Shown: piece after piece, positions 28,359-43,199 of the stretch
Layout of the letters: the number at the start of each line of letters is the position of its first letter
Numbering within the stretch: position 1 is the first letter of the stretch
From: Eledone cirrhosa
Lineage: Eukaryota
NCBI GenBank assembly: GCA_964016885.1
Contig: OZ024742.1
Location: 53,754,001 to 53,818,000, forward strand
Reading direction: 5' to 3'
DNA length: 64,000 nt
Program-made: the position numbers and the translations under genes
The notes under the pieces: generated by a model
What the model saw: the letters and a program-made list of their open reading frames with translations, nothing else
Told to the model about the DNA's origin: nothing
Databases searched by the model: none

Positions 28359-28824
28359 GCAAGTTTGAAGAATTATTAGATGAAATCTATACAGTATTTC
28401 CTCTCCCTAGTCCGTATAAATCAACCACATAAATAATCATTTAAACGAGGCTATAAGTTTAAAATGTACCTAGTCTTTCCTTTTAGCCCGTAGAAATTGA
28501 CTAGACAAATAATCAACTACACGAAGTTAGGTTTAAAATAGAAGTTAGAAGAAAAAATGCATATAAACTTTACCAGAATTCCTCTAGTCTCGACTGGTGG
28601 TAGTTTCGTTGCTTTTCTGTGGATTCACCCGATCTTGGATTTATCCACGAGGCTTGGAACTCATCAAGAGACGCCCCAGGTCTGGACTAAAGTTTCTACC
28701 ATGATCCCCGCCAGAAATGAATTGAAAACTGGCTAAGAACTTCCACGTGCCTAGCGGTCAAGGCAGAAATTTGTGACTGGTTGCCTGTCGGCGTACATTG
28801 GTTGCCTGTCGGCATATATATATG

Positions 28825-28861
<37 letters not shown>

Positions 28862-30171
28862 TATTTATATACATATATTATTTTACAAGGATGAAGTAGC
28901 TATGTGATTGCATGTTATCTCTTTGTGTCATTCAAACAGAGTTAGATCGGCTTCCGTCCTCAATTTCGTTATTTCTATTGTTTGCTGTCATTGTTGCAGT
29001 CATAGTTTCGTTATTGTGTTCCTTTGTATTTCACATTATCATGATATCGCAATGGATTTCATCGGTTTATATTCCCAAAGAGTAATGCTTTTTAAATTCG
29101 TGACATTTTTATTTGTTGAAATAATCAGTATTTTATCATAGTTTCCATGGCGTTAGATTTGCAGAATCGTTAGAATGCCGGACAAAATTGTTTTGCGGTA
29201 TTTAGTTACGGCACTGTAGGTTCTGAGTTCAATTGCATTGAAGGTTAAATAAAGGATAACATAAAGTGCTAGTCAAGTACTGGCGTGAGTGTAATCGATG
29301 TTTCCCTTCTCAGAATTGCTGGCTCAGCGCCTAAATTAGAAAACATTAGTGTTGTTAGATGCCATTCAGTCATTTGTTTTTTTGCTTCTATTTTATGTGC
29401 TTCTCCGGTTGTCTTTCTCGTCTTCTTTCTAGAGTTGCTCTAGTCAACGACGCAGTATATCGAATTTCACTTTTACTCTCTCTAATATTGACAGCTCTTC
29501 ATTTTTATTCTTGTAATTATATAATTAAGAAAACATTACGAAGGAAATGTATTATATTTTTAGTCAAAAATAAAACAAGAGCATAATTTCCTACATGATT
29601 TCTGACTGAATGAAAAAAAACTCTCTGCAATGTGTAATTATACAGTTGAATATACATAACTGTAAATGACGTAAAGAATAATAGAAAAAAACTTGTATGA
29701 ATGAAAAATAGAAAATAAAAACGTTCCACGTTCCCTGGTTTGTATTTATATGTTGAATAATGCATTATAAGTTAAACATAGTGGAGGGAAATATAGACGC
29801 ATACCTAACTACTTGTGTCTGTGTGATTGCGTTCATGTCCTATAATTTAGCCGTTCGACAAAGCGAGGTCGATAAAATAAGACCCAGACTTGGAAAAATA
29901 AGTCCTGAATAGACTGAATGCAGGTGTTGACCAGCATAACAGCAGTCTAATAACTGAAACCAGTAAAAAGGAATAAAAATAGAAGAATATATCTATAAAT
30001 GGTAAGATAGAGTTTATTAGAAAAAAAATACCCCGAAAATTAATTGCAAATAACGATCAAATACAAAGTGAAAGAAATAGCGTGGAAAGTCACAAACGGT
30101 TTTATGAAGGTGTATACATACAAACACACATACATAAACACATACATACACACACACAAACCTACATACAC

Positions 30172-30202
<31 letters not shown>

Positions 30203-30231
30203 CACACACACACATATATATATATATATTC

Positions 30232-30360
30232 ATTTTATTAAGGCTAAATAGTGAGTCTTGTTACTCTGGAATTTCGCCTGTTTATCACAGGGTCATCAGA
30301 CACTGTGATAAACAGGCAAAACTCCAAAGTAACAAGACTCATTATTCGGCCTTACTAAAA
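30232..30360. mobile_element. Mini fold-back HHR element (~58-bp arms)
   Basis: Minus strand 30259-30302: tgt|CTGATGA|c cctgt-gataa-acagg c|GAAA|ttccagag|TA|aca. An inverted partial copy follows at 30303. Confidence 0.72.
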
Positions 30361-30811
30361 CGAATATAAAACTATATTTCGGTATTGAGTACTCTTTTCT
30401 CTCAGCTGTTAAGCACATATGGATAAATATATATATAACTGTGTGTGCGCGCGCGCGCGTAAGTATAATGATGGGCAGTTGAATTGGGTGGTCAAGTATG
30501 ACATTTGTAAAAATTTATTTCTTTTCTACAAATTTCTACAAATTTCATACTTAACGACCCATTATCATTTTTTCTTTTTTTACCTATACGTGTTTCTATC
30601 ATTCATTCTCTCATTTGGCAGTTCAGTTCATTATACTCATTTCAATCAACTTTATTTGGGTCGGAAATCACGTCTGAAACCATGTTTACGTAGTTTATTT
30701 GTTCATCCAGAAATACGAGATATGAACTTCGTAATGGTTTCTTTATAATGGAATTATGAAAAGAGAAAAGAAGAGCATTCAATACACTCAAATATATCAC
30801 ACACACACACA

Positions 30812-30852
<41 letters not shown>

Positions 30853-32003
30853 ACACACATATATATATATATATGTATGTGTGTGTGCTATTATACGTCT
30901 GTACGAAGCCGAGAGGATATGTGTGTGTACATGTAAGTAAAATAGTGTGTGTGTGTTTGTGTGCTTGTAAGTACAAAGCTGTGAGCAAAAGTATGTTAAT
31001 ATAAGGGAGTGTGTGTATAGAGAGCTGTGACGGTAAAAATAAAGGTGTGTATGCGTATTTTGTTGGTCTGTATCAGCTGTAAGAGTATATGTTTCTGACC
31101 ATAATAGAGCCATAGGAACCTAGGGGTGAATGTACAAGAGCGTGTGTGACAACGGACGATGTAAACGTGACGCTGGCAAGGGGTAGAGAAGTAGCACAAA
31201 CATATGTGTGTAATAATAATGAAATTGAGGAGGGGAGATCAAATCACTGGCTATCGATCCAAACCATTATTATTTTTTTTATTTTGCCTTTCATCCTTAC
31301 GGGGTCGATAAAATAAAGTACCAGTAATGCACTGGGTATTTGCTGGCCTTGTGCCAAAAGTAGAAACAATTATTATTTTTTTTATTGATTTTTTTTCCTT
31401 TCCCTCAGTACTTTTTCCGTTATATGGCGAGTGTCTTCGCTCTCTCTATATAGACATATATAGAGTGAGGGAGAGAGAAATAGATAGATATATTGATATA
31501 TATCATAAGTATGCTGATAGGGAAGATGAATTTGAATGCATGGACAGATATATGTATATTTGCTTGAGTGTTTAAGTGGAATTCCAGCGTGTTTATGTCA
31601 ACGCCTTTGTGTCTGTTTATTAATCGCTCGGATTACGGCTAAAGATAGCTCTTCTGAAGAACCCGAGGAGGGTATAAAACCTAAACATAATTTTCTAATC
31701 CGCTCTATAAAAATAAAGATAAAACGAAATATTCTGGGAACATTAACCCATGTTTATATGCGCTAATGTAAGCCTCACACCTTTAGTTGTGAACCAAAAA
31801 TTCAATGCAATATTATTCTATGTGAGGTATACTTTCTACATTTAAAGCATAAGGAGAATAATAATAATGATAATATTGCAACGTAGGAGAGTGTGTGAGA
31901 TTTCATATCCCCCGTGCAAAGAAAAACGTTGAATAATTTCTATATATCAAAGTTTATGTCATGGATAAAATGCCATTGCATGGTGGCACATATTTTTACA
32001 GTA

Positions 32004-32358
32004 TCACCAAGATAGGAAAATTGATTGTATTGTGAAAAAAGTTAAATTCCTTCTAATATTTTGTTGGTAAAGGTTTTTTAAGCAACATTTAGTTCCCCAA
32101 TCAATGTCATCTTCACCAATATCTATATTTCTGTTAATCAAATATATGTTAGGGTGGTAGCCTAAGCGTCCTCAAGCACACTCTCTAACGGGTCCCGTCA
32201 GAAGCAACTGTTACTAAGTGATCCGGCTGGATCGGCAACAGAGATCAGCCGAGCTCCTGGATGTTATGCTCGGAGTCTACCACTGGGTTTATGCTGGTTG
32301 GCGTTACCCATAAAAAATTCCCAGTAGTAGTAGTTATAGTAGTAGTAGTAGTAGTAGT

Positions 32359-32390
<32 letters not shown>

Positions 32391-33671
32391 ATATATGTTA
32401 CGTATCCTTCTTCTGATATGAGATGTTAGTGTTTAAATATTGAATTCAAACTTAACATGATATACATTTACATAATTATATATTAAAATTTCCAACATAG
32501 CTTTCAAAATAATGTTTAAATTCAGATGTCTTTTCCGTTGGCAGATAAATGTAACGAATACTAAGTATCACATATAATTGTTTCTACTTTTGGCACAAGG
32601 CCAGCAATTACCCAGTGTATTACTGGTACTTTAATATAATATAATATAATATAATACTTTCGATACAGGAAGACTAACAATAATTCATTCCACCATCAAA
32701 CTCACACAACAGCAATTTGATAGCGACATTATTGGTATATTCGAGGTATAAACAATAATATTGATTCAAGGTATATGAATAATAAATGGGATTTCACTGA
32801 ATATATTGGCTCCTAGAGTTGCTGTAATTATTTGAGAAACGTGAAGTAATCATTATCATTAATGATATTATCATTATTATTATCGTTTTGTCTGCCAAGA
32901 CGTATATGAATATCACTCCGTACGTTTTCTCAATTTCAAGTGTTTGCATTGTATTCATCCGTATATTTTTGTTACAAACCGTTTATAAGGCGCCACACAT
33001 TGTACTGTGTTAAGGCGACTCCATAATATTTGGGGCTTAGACTCAAATATTTGAAGTTTATAGCGTTGTCGGGCGCTGGACGGAAGAACAGGTTAAATTA
33101 CTCGAGGTCTGGTTTGGTTCGCACCTCCAAATGGACAAAACCTGGGCCGAGGTGTCGAGCAGGGTGGTCTCTCTCACCCAGAAACGGGCTGAAAGGAAGC
33201 TGTCCAAGAAAGGTCAGGTGGAGGTGGCGCACGCGTATATCATTATTATGGTCTGAGTTCAAATCCCACCGCGGTTAGCTTTGCCCTTCATCCTTAAGGG
33301 ATCGATAAAATAGAGCACCAGTGATGCACTGGGATTCGATTTAGTCGACTTTCCATTCCCTCGAAATTGTTGGTCTTGTGCCTAAATCTGAAACCATTAT
33401 TATTATTATATTTATGAGGATTTATATATTTATTTATTCTCAACATGACACTTAAGTTTTCTTCCAACTGTTTAGCTTAATGATATTCGTGACTGAAAAT
33501 ATATTCCAAGAGAATGATTTGCATTGGAAATCATTCTTACGGATCAGTTGGAGACAGTTGCTTTTTACAGGATCCACTGGAAGGCGTGTTTGAAGTCAGC
33601 TCCCACAAACTTCGATTGCTCCGCATATATATTCGGGTAGAACAATATTCGAATTTTCTCCCCATTTTTTG
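32004..33671 (-). pseudogene. Two phase-compatible exons (33541-33671, 32004-32130) of a possible Ly6/three-finger-like protein, probably decayed
   Basis: cag|QKMGRKFEYCSTRIYMRSNRSLWELTSNTPSSGSCKKQLSPTD-P|gtaaga ... cag|NIDIGEDDIDWGTKCCLKNLYQQNIRRNLTFFTIQSIFLSW*. Confidence 0.35.
32152..32388 (+). mobile_element. Short retroposon with (AGT)n(AAG)n tail and 12-bp TSD
   Basis: aaatatatgtta at 32140-32151 and 32389-32400. Confidence 0.75.
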
Positions 33672-35469
33672 CTGGGGATATCAGACAATTTATTAGAAAT
33701 AATAAATAATTCACAACATAAAAGTTATGGCTCACCACATAAAAGTTTAAACAGATATTCTGTGACATTAAACTCTACAAATGCGATAGACATAGAGCAA
33801 TTAATAGGAATAAGTTTGACATTGCAATAACAATGTATCGTGGAACTTCATTTTAATTTTCTTCTGTCTACTACGATGAAATGCTAGATTTAAGTGGAAA
33901 ATGACAATTTGATTAAGAATCAATAAAGCCATTGTTTAAATGAATAACGTATTCAAGATTACTAAATAACATTTAATATTGCCTAATTGAAATAAAGTTA
34001 AAGAGATTTTGCCAGACTATGAAATCCATATTTATATAAGCATATTATAATAGACAAAGCAGATTTTTGATTTCAGATTACATAATTTATGGGTTTTAAA
34101 TAGAGAATTTTATTAACGCGTTGATGACGATACTTTTTATGTTTTTTTCAAATAGTTTCAAAATTTGGCATAAGTTTCACGTTCAAATCTTTGGTGATAT
34201 ATATCTATTAAATTTTGTTTACACTCTCTTTCATATTTAGTTAACGTTATCTAACCTTCAGCTACTTTATGTAACCAGATCAGTCCTGTTAAAAGTTGGT
34301 ATTTCTAAATACATTTGTATGTTTGCCTTTCATCCGCTATATCTGCAATTATGAACATATCTGCTCGATTCATCGAAGATTAAAATCAAATATATGAATA
34401 TGAAAAATTCAATATTAAGCGCATTATTATATATAGATTCGTTGAAATTCAATTTATGGTGTAGGACTTTATTTGTACTGGATTCTTTTTACAAAGTGCG
34501 CCTTGGATTTAATATATTTTAATCAACTTAGCAAATTTGTCGTGGACAGTTAACAAATACTTATTTCAATCTATGGAATGGATGTGTAAGAAAATCTGTA
34601 TGATCAAGAGATTCTAGATTTGCTCTGGATTAGTGACTTTACGTACGAATAAACTTGTGTTCATTACATTGACAAATGTTCAGATCTATGAAAGATAGAG
34701 CCACATTTGTCAAAAATGCCCATTTAGAAATGAAAAGCGAGAATAAGATTCCAACCACGTAAAATAACGACTGATATCTCAAGTAACACCCCAGTCTTCT
34801 TTAACAAAACATTACATTCAGTAGATTCTTTAAACGTTTATTCACTTTAACTATTATAATTCGATTTATAAGGGTAAATTACATTTAATCTGATGTCTTT
34901 AATTATTATAAATGACAATAACTTTTCACAAACGCAAAGACAAACACTACCAAAATACATTAGAGGAGTTATTCTATGTTTATTTACCACACCAATTTGT
35001 CTGATCTTAGAAATACAAATGAATATAAATTGTATTGTTATATTCAAATGAATACAGGAAAATGTTTTAAAATAAAAGTAAATGGAAGACAACAGCTAGC
35101 AATGACACTGATGAGGTTTGCAGATGGATGGGGAGAGAAAGATAGGGCATGAGCAATGTAAAACGAAAGAGATTGAGAGATAAATAAGGAAGGGCAGCAT
35201 TGAATTAAAACAGATTAAACGTGCAATTACTTGTCTCTTTTTCAAATTGAATGAAAGTAGATTTAAAGACATTCAAATCATTGCCTATTTTCATGTATAA
35301 AAACACAGACATACATATATATGTATGCATATATATATGTATATATAATTATATGATATTAAATATGCTAGGTAACAATTCTTATACTTCTACGTCAATT
35401 CATACATCAAATGCAGTAAATTACTTCAATCATAAAAAAAATCTTGCTAGTTTCTTGTTTTGGTTTCGT

Positions 35470-35511
<42 letters not shown>

Positions 35512-37077
35512 TATATTATATTTTGAGAATAAACTCTCAGTCGTTTACAATAATCAAGCTCCAAGAAAAGGGGCATTTCCGAGCAGTTAAATACATTAAA
35601 ATATATGATAAACACAAAACGTGTTTGCATTGCAACAGACAAAGTTAGCTATTAATGAAATAAACTAATTAAAGTGAATACAATTTGTCTGTATGTATAA
35701 AATCGTATTAAATGATCATTAAGAAATTCTCTGAAAATTCATTCATACCAATATTTTCTCAGATTCATTTCATTGCTGTCTGGAGATAACTGAAAAAGAA
35801 AGCCCATTAATGTTTCTAATAGGTTAATAATACCATGAAGTAATAGGAAAGTATAACATTATCTTATTAGGTGTGAAAAATTTTGTAATATCTAACGTAG
35901 ACACACATTCTCTGATGTAATGACTATATATGTTTTCTTCAAAGCATCCACAGCTATCAAAATTTAAACATCGAAGATTAGTGTTGGACTTCTGTCGTTT
36001 CCAATGATGAATTCGCCTGTTTATCCAATCAACAGAACTGCTTACTTTCGAAATTAGTATCTATGTGGCTAATCATTTCACAGACATGTGCATCCATAAC
36101 GTATTTCTCAGGGAGATTCAGCATGATTCATCGTATGATAAGACTGAATCTTTGAATTACACGTAAAACTCGTTGTTACCATCAGATTGCACTGAAGCAA
36201 CGTGAAAATAAAGCATCATGCTCAAGGACGCAAAGCGCCGCCCGGTCTTGGAATCGAAATTACAACCTTATGATCGTCAGATGAACACTCTAACCTCTCG
36301 GCCACGCGAATACATAGAGCTTAGCCCATTACTACTGTACATAAATATATTTTCAAACATACATAATATGATCTTACTTTTTGATCTTTATGTATATATT
36401 ATGTATATATCTTATGCAATATATTGAATATAAATTTTAGTAAGATATTTAAGAGTAGTCAATATGTCACTTGAGTTATACTTGAAAGACAATGTAGCCA
36501 AATAAATGTTGACAATGAAAGAGTAAGCGTCTTCCTAAGATATTAGCATGACCCGTATTTTCAAATATGAAACAAACGTCATATGTAAGTATACGTACTG
36601 TCTTTAGTAGCACTGATCTCCGACCTACACACTCAGTCGAGTAACGTTACTTTAAAGACCCTTCGGAGGGAACCCATTTCGGTCGTTTGTATTTGCGATG
36701 TCTCTGTTTAAACCACTTAACTATTCAAAGTTTTAGTTGTTTACTGAACAACTGAAATCACCTCGCCATAAACGTGACAGGAGCCATCAAATCTAAAGAC
36801 ATATATAAGCATCAATTTTTATTTGCAAAGATTGGCAAAGTTTCTGATATGTGAGAAAGAAACGGAATTTAAGGATTCACTATTGATAAATAGAACCAAA
36901 AAATAGTCTGACTACCTCGGGTTTACAGAAGAAAATGTGAAAGAAATATCGAACCAGATCTTTACTTTTCACATGCACCTTTATATTAAGATGTCATTGA
37001 AATATCAATTCTCCAGCAAATTTCACCGAAATGTCATTTCATCAGCAACTACCTACAACTGTATTCCCATAAACGCA

Positions 37078-38020
37078 CCTCCGCACACACATACACACAT
37101 TCCACACCACATACAGACCATCCCTAACATCTGTCCGTCTGCCTCCTACCTACACTGCCTGCTTGTCACCTTCCCACTGCTATGTCCTTCCTCCCTCCCA
37201 CATCCTTCGCCCTGCCTTGACCCTCTGACCACTTCTTCTTGCGTGCGCACCCCACAACTTTCTACTTCCTCATCACCATACCTAGGATTCTACACCACCG
37301 CTCCACCGCTCCAGGCTTCCACCCTGTTATACGCGGATTTTCAACATCCGTTCCTACACCCCGCGGAAAAACATCCAGGAACACACACACAAACACACTA
37401 TTTTCGCACCACGCAACCATACATCTACACCACACCAAAAACACACACACACACACACACGTGCGTATCCTCACATACACACATTCAGCCTCCGGACTCC
37501 ACACGCCTCCTCTCCGCAACCCCTCTGACCCCTTTCTATCCACATGCACACACACATTGACTTACACCCCACCCCATGTACACACTGGTCTTCCTATTAC
37601 CCGAACATGGAACCTCGTTCTTTCCCAAACTCTTACACTCACATCCACACATACACACACACGTACACCTACACACACACCACCTTCCGCTCTCTCCACA
37701 CGGATCCCCTGTCTCCCTCTCCACTCCACCCCCTCCATCCACCCACCACCACCACACGCCTCACACCCTTTCACAACTTGTTTCATTTTAATTTTTTACC
37801 CTCTTTTTAATTTGTTTCCTTCCATTTAACCCCCCCACCCTTTTTAATGGCTTTCCACCACTCATCCTCACAACCCTCGGAACTCTTTTCCCTCCCACTT
37901 TTTCTGATGAAGGGCTTATGCCCGAAACGTCGTCCCCCACCCCCACTCTCAAGCGTGAACCTAATACTAACACTGTTCCTATTGCACTCTTCGTTATTGT
38001 TTTTGTTTTCTGTTTTAACT
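37078..38020 (+). mobile_element. Diverged PLE family D 3' region with HHR at 37904-37931
   Basis: C/A-rich tract homologous to 2330-3200. CTGATGA a GGGC-TTAT-GCCC GAAA CGTC. Confidence 0.8.
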
Positions 38021-38042
38021 TATATATATATGGAGAGGTTGT

Positions 38043-38073
<31 letters not shown>

Positions 38074-38663
38074 CACACGCGCGCAAACACAAGCGTGCAC
38101 ATACACGGGTAAATATATATATATATATCTATATATATGTGTCTGTGTGTGTGTCCGTTCTTTGTTAATTTTCTTAAGTTTATTTACTAATGTGGCATAC
38201 GTGCTTTTTTCTTCTCCCCCATTTATGGCAATGGCTTACATTTTTAACACAATATGTTACTTCATTCTTCTTGCTTTTTTTCTTTCTTTCTTTATTCCTT
38301 TTTTTTTTCTTTTTTTCTTTGTTTCACTCTTGCTTCCCATTCTCTAAGTGGCTACAACATATTCCCTAACGTCACACAAAATTGTGTATTTTTTGTAGCT
38401 TAACGGCTATAAATTAATGTTCTATCTTTCATCTCTTATTCCTTTGGACAGCATTTGGCTTATGTGAGATGCTGTGACCCCGGATGGACCAGCAGTGCCG
38501 TTGATAGAGGTCGAAACTGCCCACGTCCATCTCAATGTCCAGTGTCTTTCGTTAGAATATATATATATTTTTTATTATTTTTTAGGGATTTCCCTTAACA
38601 AAATATTTTTAGTTTTGTTTTGTTTTCGTTCGTTGTCTTGTCCGTTTTTTCTTAATTTTCTTA

Positions 38664-38742
<79 letters not shown>

Positions 38743-38798
38743 GGTGTGTGATGTTTAAAGCGTCCGTAAGCGGTAGGCCGTTTGAGAACTCGAGTAAA

Positions 38799-38996
38799 AT
38801 ATCACATAAGAAACGGAGAATCAGTGGTGAGACGAATAAAATTTATTAGACATGGAAACTCTGCTTCGTAGAATCGAGACGTATCTGTGGACCTTGCGAT
38901 TTCAGAGTCAAGTTCGATCATTGCATCGATCGTGCCTCGAGATGTCTAATAAATTTTATTCGTCACACCACTGATTCTTCGTTTCTTATGGGATAT
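38799..38996. repeat. Inverted repeat, ~55-bp arms, 88-bp spacer, next to (TA)n
   Basis: cataagaaacggagaatcagtggtgagacgaataaaatttattagacat versus its inverse at 38942-38990. Confidence 0.8.
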
Positions 38997-39012
38997 ATAT
39001 ATATATATATAT

Positions 39013-39657
39013 GTTTTTCGTTAATTCCTAAGCCGAAATACGATTCTCACTAATTTATATTTGTATTAATCTCCAGAGTCTAGCTATTGACCAGTTAATT
39101 TTCTTGATTTTTTTAGTTGATTCTATTGACTGATGAATAGCTTATGTTAACTTTAACCATTCTGTTGAGAGCTTTATTCGATTTGTGATATTTTGCATTC
39201 TTGCAATATTATACACAACTGAATTCATTCGCCTAAAATAAGTGTTGCCTCCCTTGCTGAACTCCACGCGGAGTCACACTTTGGATTAGCAATTGAGCAA
39301 AAACCTGTTGATAAAGTGGCTTCCTTGTTCAATCATCTTACCAGAAGCCTAACAGTTTTTATGTAAGCGGACAGTACTTGATTTAGGAGTCGCAGAAACT
39401 CAAATACTGGATTTTACCAACCTTCCAGGGGTCCGGGTAAATTTTCAATCACATATATTTTTATTGTTTGACCAGAATTACTTGGTCGTTTCTTTGGCTG
39501 TGCGGATGTTTTGTTTAACCATCATCTCAGTGTGTTTGGCCTTTAACGTATGTTGTAGCTCTGATTCATTCTGAATCATCGAGCGCTTGCCACACATCTC
39601 GGAAGTTGTTTTTCGTTAATCCCTAAGCCGAAATACGATTCTCGCTAATTTATATTT
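39013..39657. mobile_element. 595-bp monomer with ~50-bp terminal direct repeat in (TA)n; no HHR recognised
   Basis: gtttttcgttaat(t/c)cctaagccgaaatacgattctc(a/g)ctaatttatattt at 39013 and 39608. A solo copy lies at about 24843-24890. Confidence 0.65.
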
Positions 39658-39668
39658 ATATATATATA

Positions 39669-40645
39669 TCGACGGCTATTTCTGGACTAAAGTAAGAATT
39701 TTTTTAGTCTGGTAAATAAATAGCCGAACTTTTCAAGGGTACTTCCTTATAAGGAAAGATTGTAGTTGTCAAAGGGATTGGTCAAAATTTGTAGTGGACA
39801 CCGTAAAGTCTATCATAGCAGTGGGTGCGGGGTGGGGATGGCTGAACTTGCCTGTAGAATGATAGAGGAGTGGGTAGAGCCGGTCAAGTGTAGAAGGTGA
39901 AATCTACACGGCAAATTCTAAGGAATATTTATGAAAGTAGGCCAGAAGAGGTTGGCGAAAAATGGTATCTTTAGAAATTGGAGAAGGGACGTTATAGAAA
40001 TAGTAAATCAAATGCGATTAGGGGACAAAGAAAAAATATAATAAAAAAGAATGTAATAAACAACGAGAGAAAGATGTAACAGAAAGTAAGATTGGAAAGT
40101 GAGAAGTAAAATAAGGAGTCTAACACAGCTGCTATATTTCGGCGCAAGCCACTGAATGAGTTGCTAGAGGAGAATAATTGTAAAATTTAGAATTAAAAAT
40201 TAATACCACATATCTGGGGTCTAACACAGCAGCTATGAATAGTTAGTATAGCGTAATTGGCGAATGCTATCTGTAAGTTACTGGGGTGGGGGTACAGAGG
40301 CTAAAGAGGCCCGATGGGCTGCCTCGGGGTAGGCGAAAGGGAAAAGAAAACAAAGAAACAAACGAGGAAGAAGTTCGGTGGTGGAAAGAAGTGATAGGGG
40401 GAGACAAAGAGAAGAAGAATACATGGAGGAAAAGAAAATAGGTACATCTACCCATATCAGTAGGGGTTTACCCTATCTTATACGGCAAGTGGGGGTGTTT
40501 CAGCCCTAGTCTAGCCACCCGGATCGTTAGAGGGTTTGAGGGCGAGGTAAGTCTTCCGCAATCTGTGTTTGCTTGCAGTTACCAGTTCGTCTAAACAAAA
40601 AAAAAGGACGAACTGGTAACTGCATGCAAATACAGATTGCGCAAG
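39669..40645 (-). mobile_element. Diverged PLE family A 3' end with a short inverted piece (about 40600-40645)
   Basis: DELVTASKHRLRKTYLALKPSNDPGG*. Partial HHR accc|TTGAAAA|gttcggcta...tagccgtc, truncated by (TA)n. Confidence 0.85.
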
Positions 40646-41245
40646 TTTCTCTCTCAGTTCATCCAAGTTCTGCCTTTCTCTCACATTTCCATTACACATC
40701 CATCGAAGCATGGTTGCTTCATTTCTCCTCAATCTGTGCATGTCCTCTGCAGCCACAGCCCATGGTTTTTGACCATGCACCATCGCACTTTGCACACAGT
40801 TATGCTTTTGTACATAGAAACCTTTTGTAGTCAACAGTGGGAGTAGCTCTTTATACCGTTTCCATCCTATCCTTATTCTAGCCATTATACTCTTAGCACA
40901 CACTCCTCCGCTGCTAACTAAGTCATCTAGATAGCAAAAGCTATCAACCACTTCTATGGACATTTCTTGTGACTTGAAAAGGTTTATGCCACTGATGCTT
41001 TTCCCTCAATTACCCCTGTTCATCTTCCTTTCCTATTAGCCTACCCGTTAACCCACTACAGCTCTTGTATACACAATATTTATATTGTGTACATCGTATG
41101 GAGTTTATGCCTACCCCTTTTCTACATATTGAGCAGAGCCACTTCCCTGAAGGAAACGGAGACATATCTTCTTTCCTACTCACTAGTATTTTACTTTTGG
41201 CTAAGTTTACTCTCAGACCTTTTGATTCCAAATTCCTTTTCCACA
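40646..41245 (-). mobile_element. RTE-type LINE relic (RT C-terminal part with Cys-rich insert)
   Basis: MESKGLRVNLAKSKIL...CSICRKGVGINSIRC; IEVVDSFCYL..V...ARIRIGWKRYKELLPLL...MLRWMC. Confidence 0.8.
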
Positions 41246-41718
41246 GAGCTTATATATGTATAAATGTTTAAAGAATTTCAGATAACCTTCCCTCTCCCAA
41301 TAAACATTGTTATATAATGGTCGTTATGGATTTATATATCAAATCAGGTCAGATGACTCTTGCTCATACAGAACTGTTTCTCGCTTGGTTTCTACGGCTA
41401 AATGCCCTTCCAACCACATTTACAGAACCCTCCCTCTCTTAAGGTGATACATTGAGTTCTTGAGCAATACACTTTATTTCACATTGCTCCAGTTCACTCA
41501 GCTGTAGAAATGAGTTGCATCGTCATTGGTGCCAAGCTGTATCAGCCTTTGTGTTTCCCTTGGATACATCGCGGAAATTGGTATGCATGGCCGACTGCTG
41601 GTCTTCCACAAACAACCTTGCCCGGACTTGTGCCTCAGATGAGAACTTTCTAGGTGCAAATCCCATGGTCATTCATGACCGAACGGAGTCTTTACCCTTT
41701 TTTTTATGTATCTATGAG

Positions 41719-41758
<40 letters not shown>

Positions 41759-42160
41759 GACATTGGCAACTGTGTGTCTATAGTTTATATAGCCTCAGTA
41801 TTATATACACTTGTAAAACAACACGCAGTAGTAAGTGCAACTATGTGTATAGTTGCTCTGCAGCATCATTAGATCTAAAGTGATGTGTTTAGTGAAGATA
41901 TTAGCATTGTCAGTTAGGAGGATATATCCTGCTAATACATGCATATATATATATGTGTGTATATACGTGTATGTGTATATACATGTGTGTGTGTTTGTGT
42001 ATATATATATACATATATATAAATATATATATATACAAATCATCATTAGCATCCATGTATGGTGATTTTTTTTCATGCTTGCCTGAGTTAGATACATATG
42101 TATGTGTGTGTACTGTTTAATGAAGATATCAATGGGATGTTGGATTGAGGAGGGTTTCTG

Positions 42161-42206
<46 letters not shown>

Positions 42207-42313
42207 CACAGCAATATCTGCCAACACAGACACACACACACACACATATATATATACACACACAGATACTGACGCATCAATATCTGCCAAAACACACTCA
42301 CAAGCATACACAG

Positions 42314-42427
<114 letters not shown>

Positions 42428-43199
42428 GGAATTTTCGATATCTTCTTTTTAATAGTTTGAATTAAATATATTCGGAGTTTCATCAATTTCTGTCGAAAAA
42501 TGAATAAAATAAACAAAAAAATAAAAAGGCCGATTTTGTTTTTATTCACTCTGTATTTGAGAAATATATTAACCAAAAGTTTTGAATTTCATATAATGCA
42601 AAACAGCTGAGATGCTAAACGAGGAATGTTTCCTAAAATGTTATAACTTAAACACATTATCTATTTACCTAGGTATTCTTACACAAGCAAAATTAGATAT
42701 ATACAATTTAAAAAGCTGATTCATTTAACAGAGTATTAGTTTAACATTAGTTATATGAAAATCTACACAATGATGTCTAATGATAAAGCTGGAGTTGATG
42801 CTGCTGAGAATTATCAAAATACTAGCAGAAATACGACCTTTTAATGTCCCCATTTCGTATTGTATGTATCAATGTATGAAATGTATGTTTGTATGAACCC
42901 GTAACTCCTAATGGCGCTGTAGCGAGATTTTAAACCTAGAGAAGCAAGCCCATTCCATGTTCCAGAGTAGGACTGAGACAGAATCGACCTCAGTATTAGA
43001 CTAGTATTCTTTTATTTTTTTACCTGTTGCAGCCATCCGGCTGAGGCCATGCTGGGGCACCGACCTAGTACTTTATTTATCGAACTCGAAAGAATGAAAG
43101 GCAAGGTGGTCTTCGGTGTAATTTATCCGCAGCACGCAGGGAGTTGGAACAAACTAACGGACACCTCCACCCCACCCACCACTAACACTAATCCCCCCT

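Noticed and set aside
36937-37829. 207-aa and 196-aa ORFs
   Set aside because: They span a junction between the duplicated segment and the C/A-rich PLE tail; low complexity with no domain motifs.
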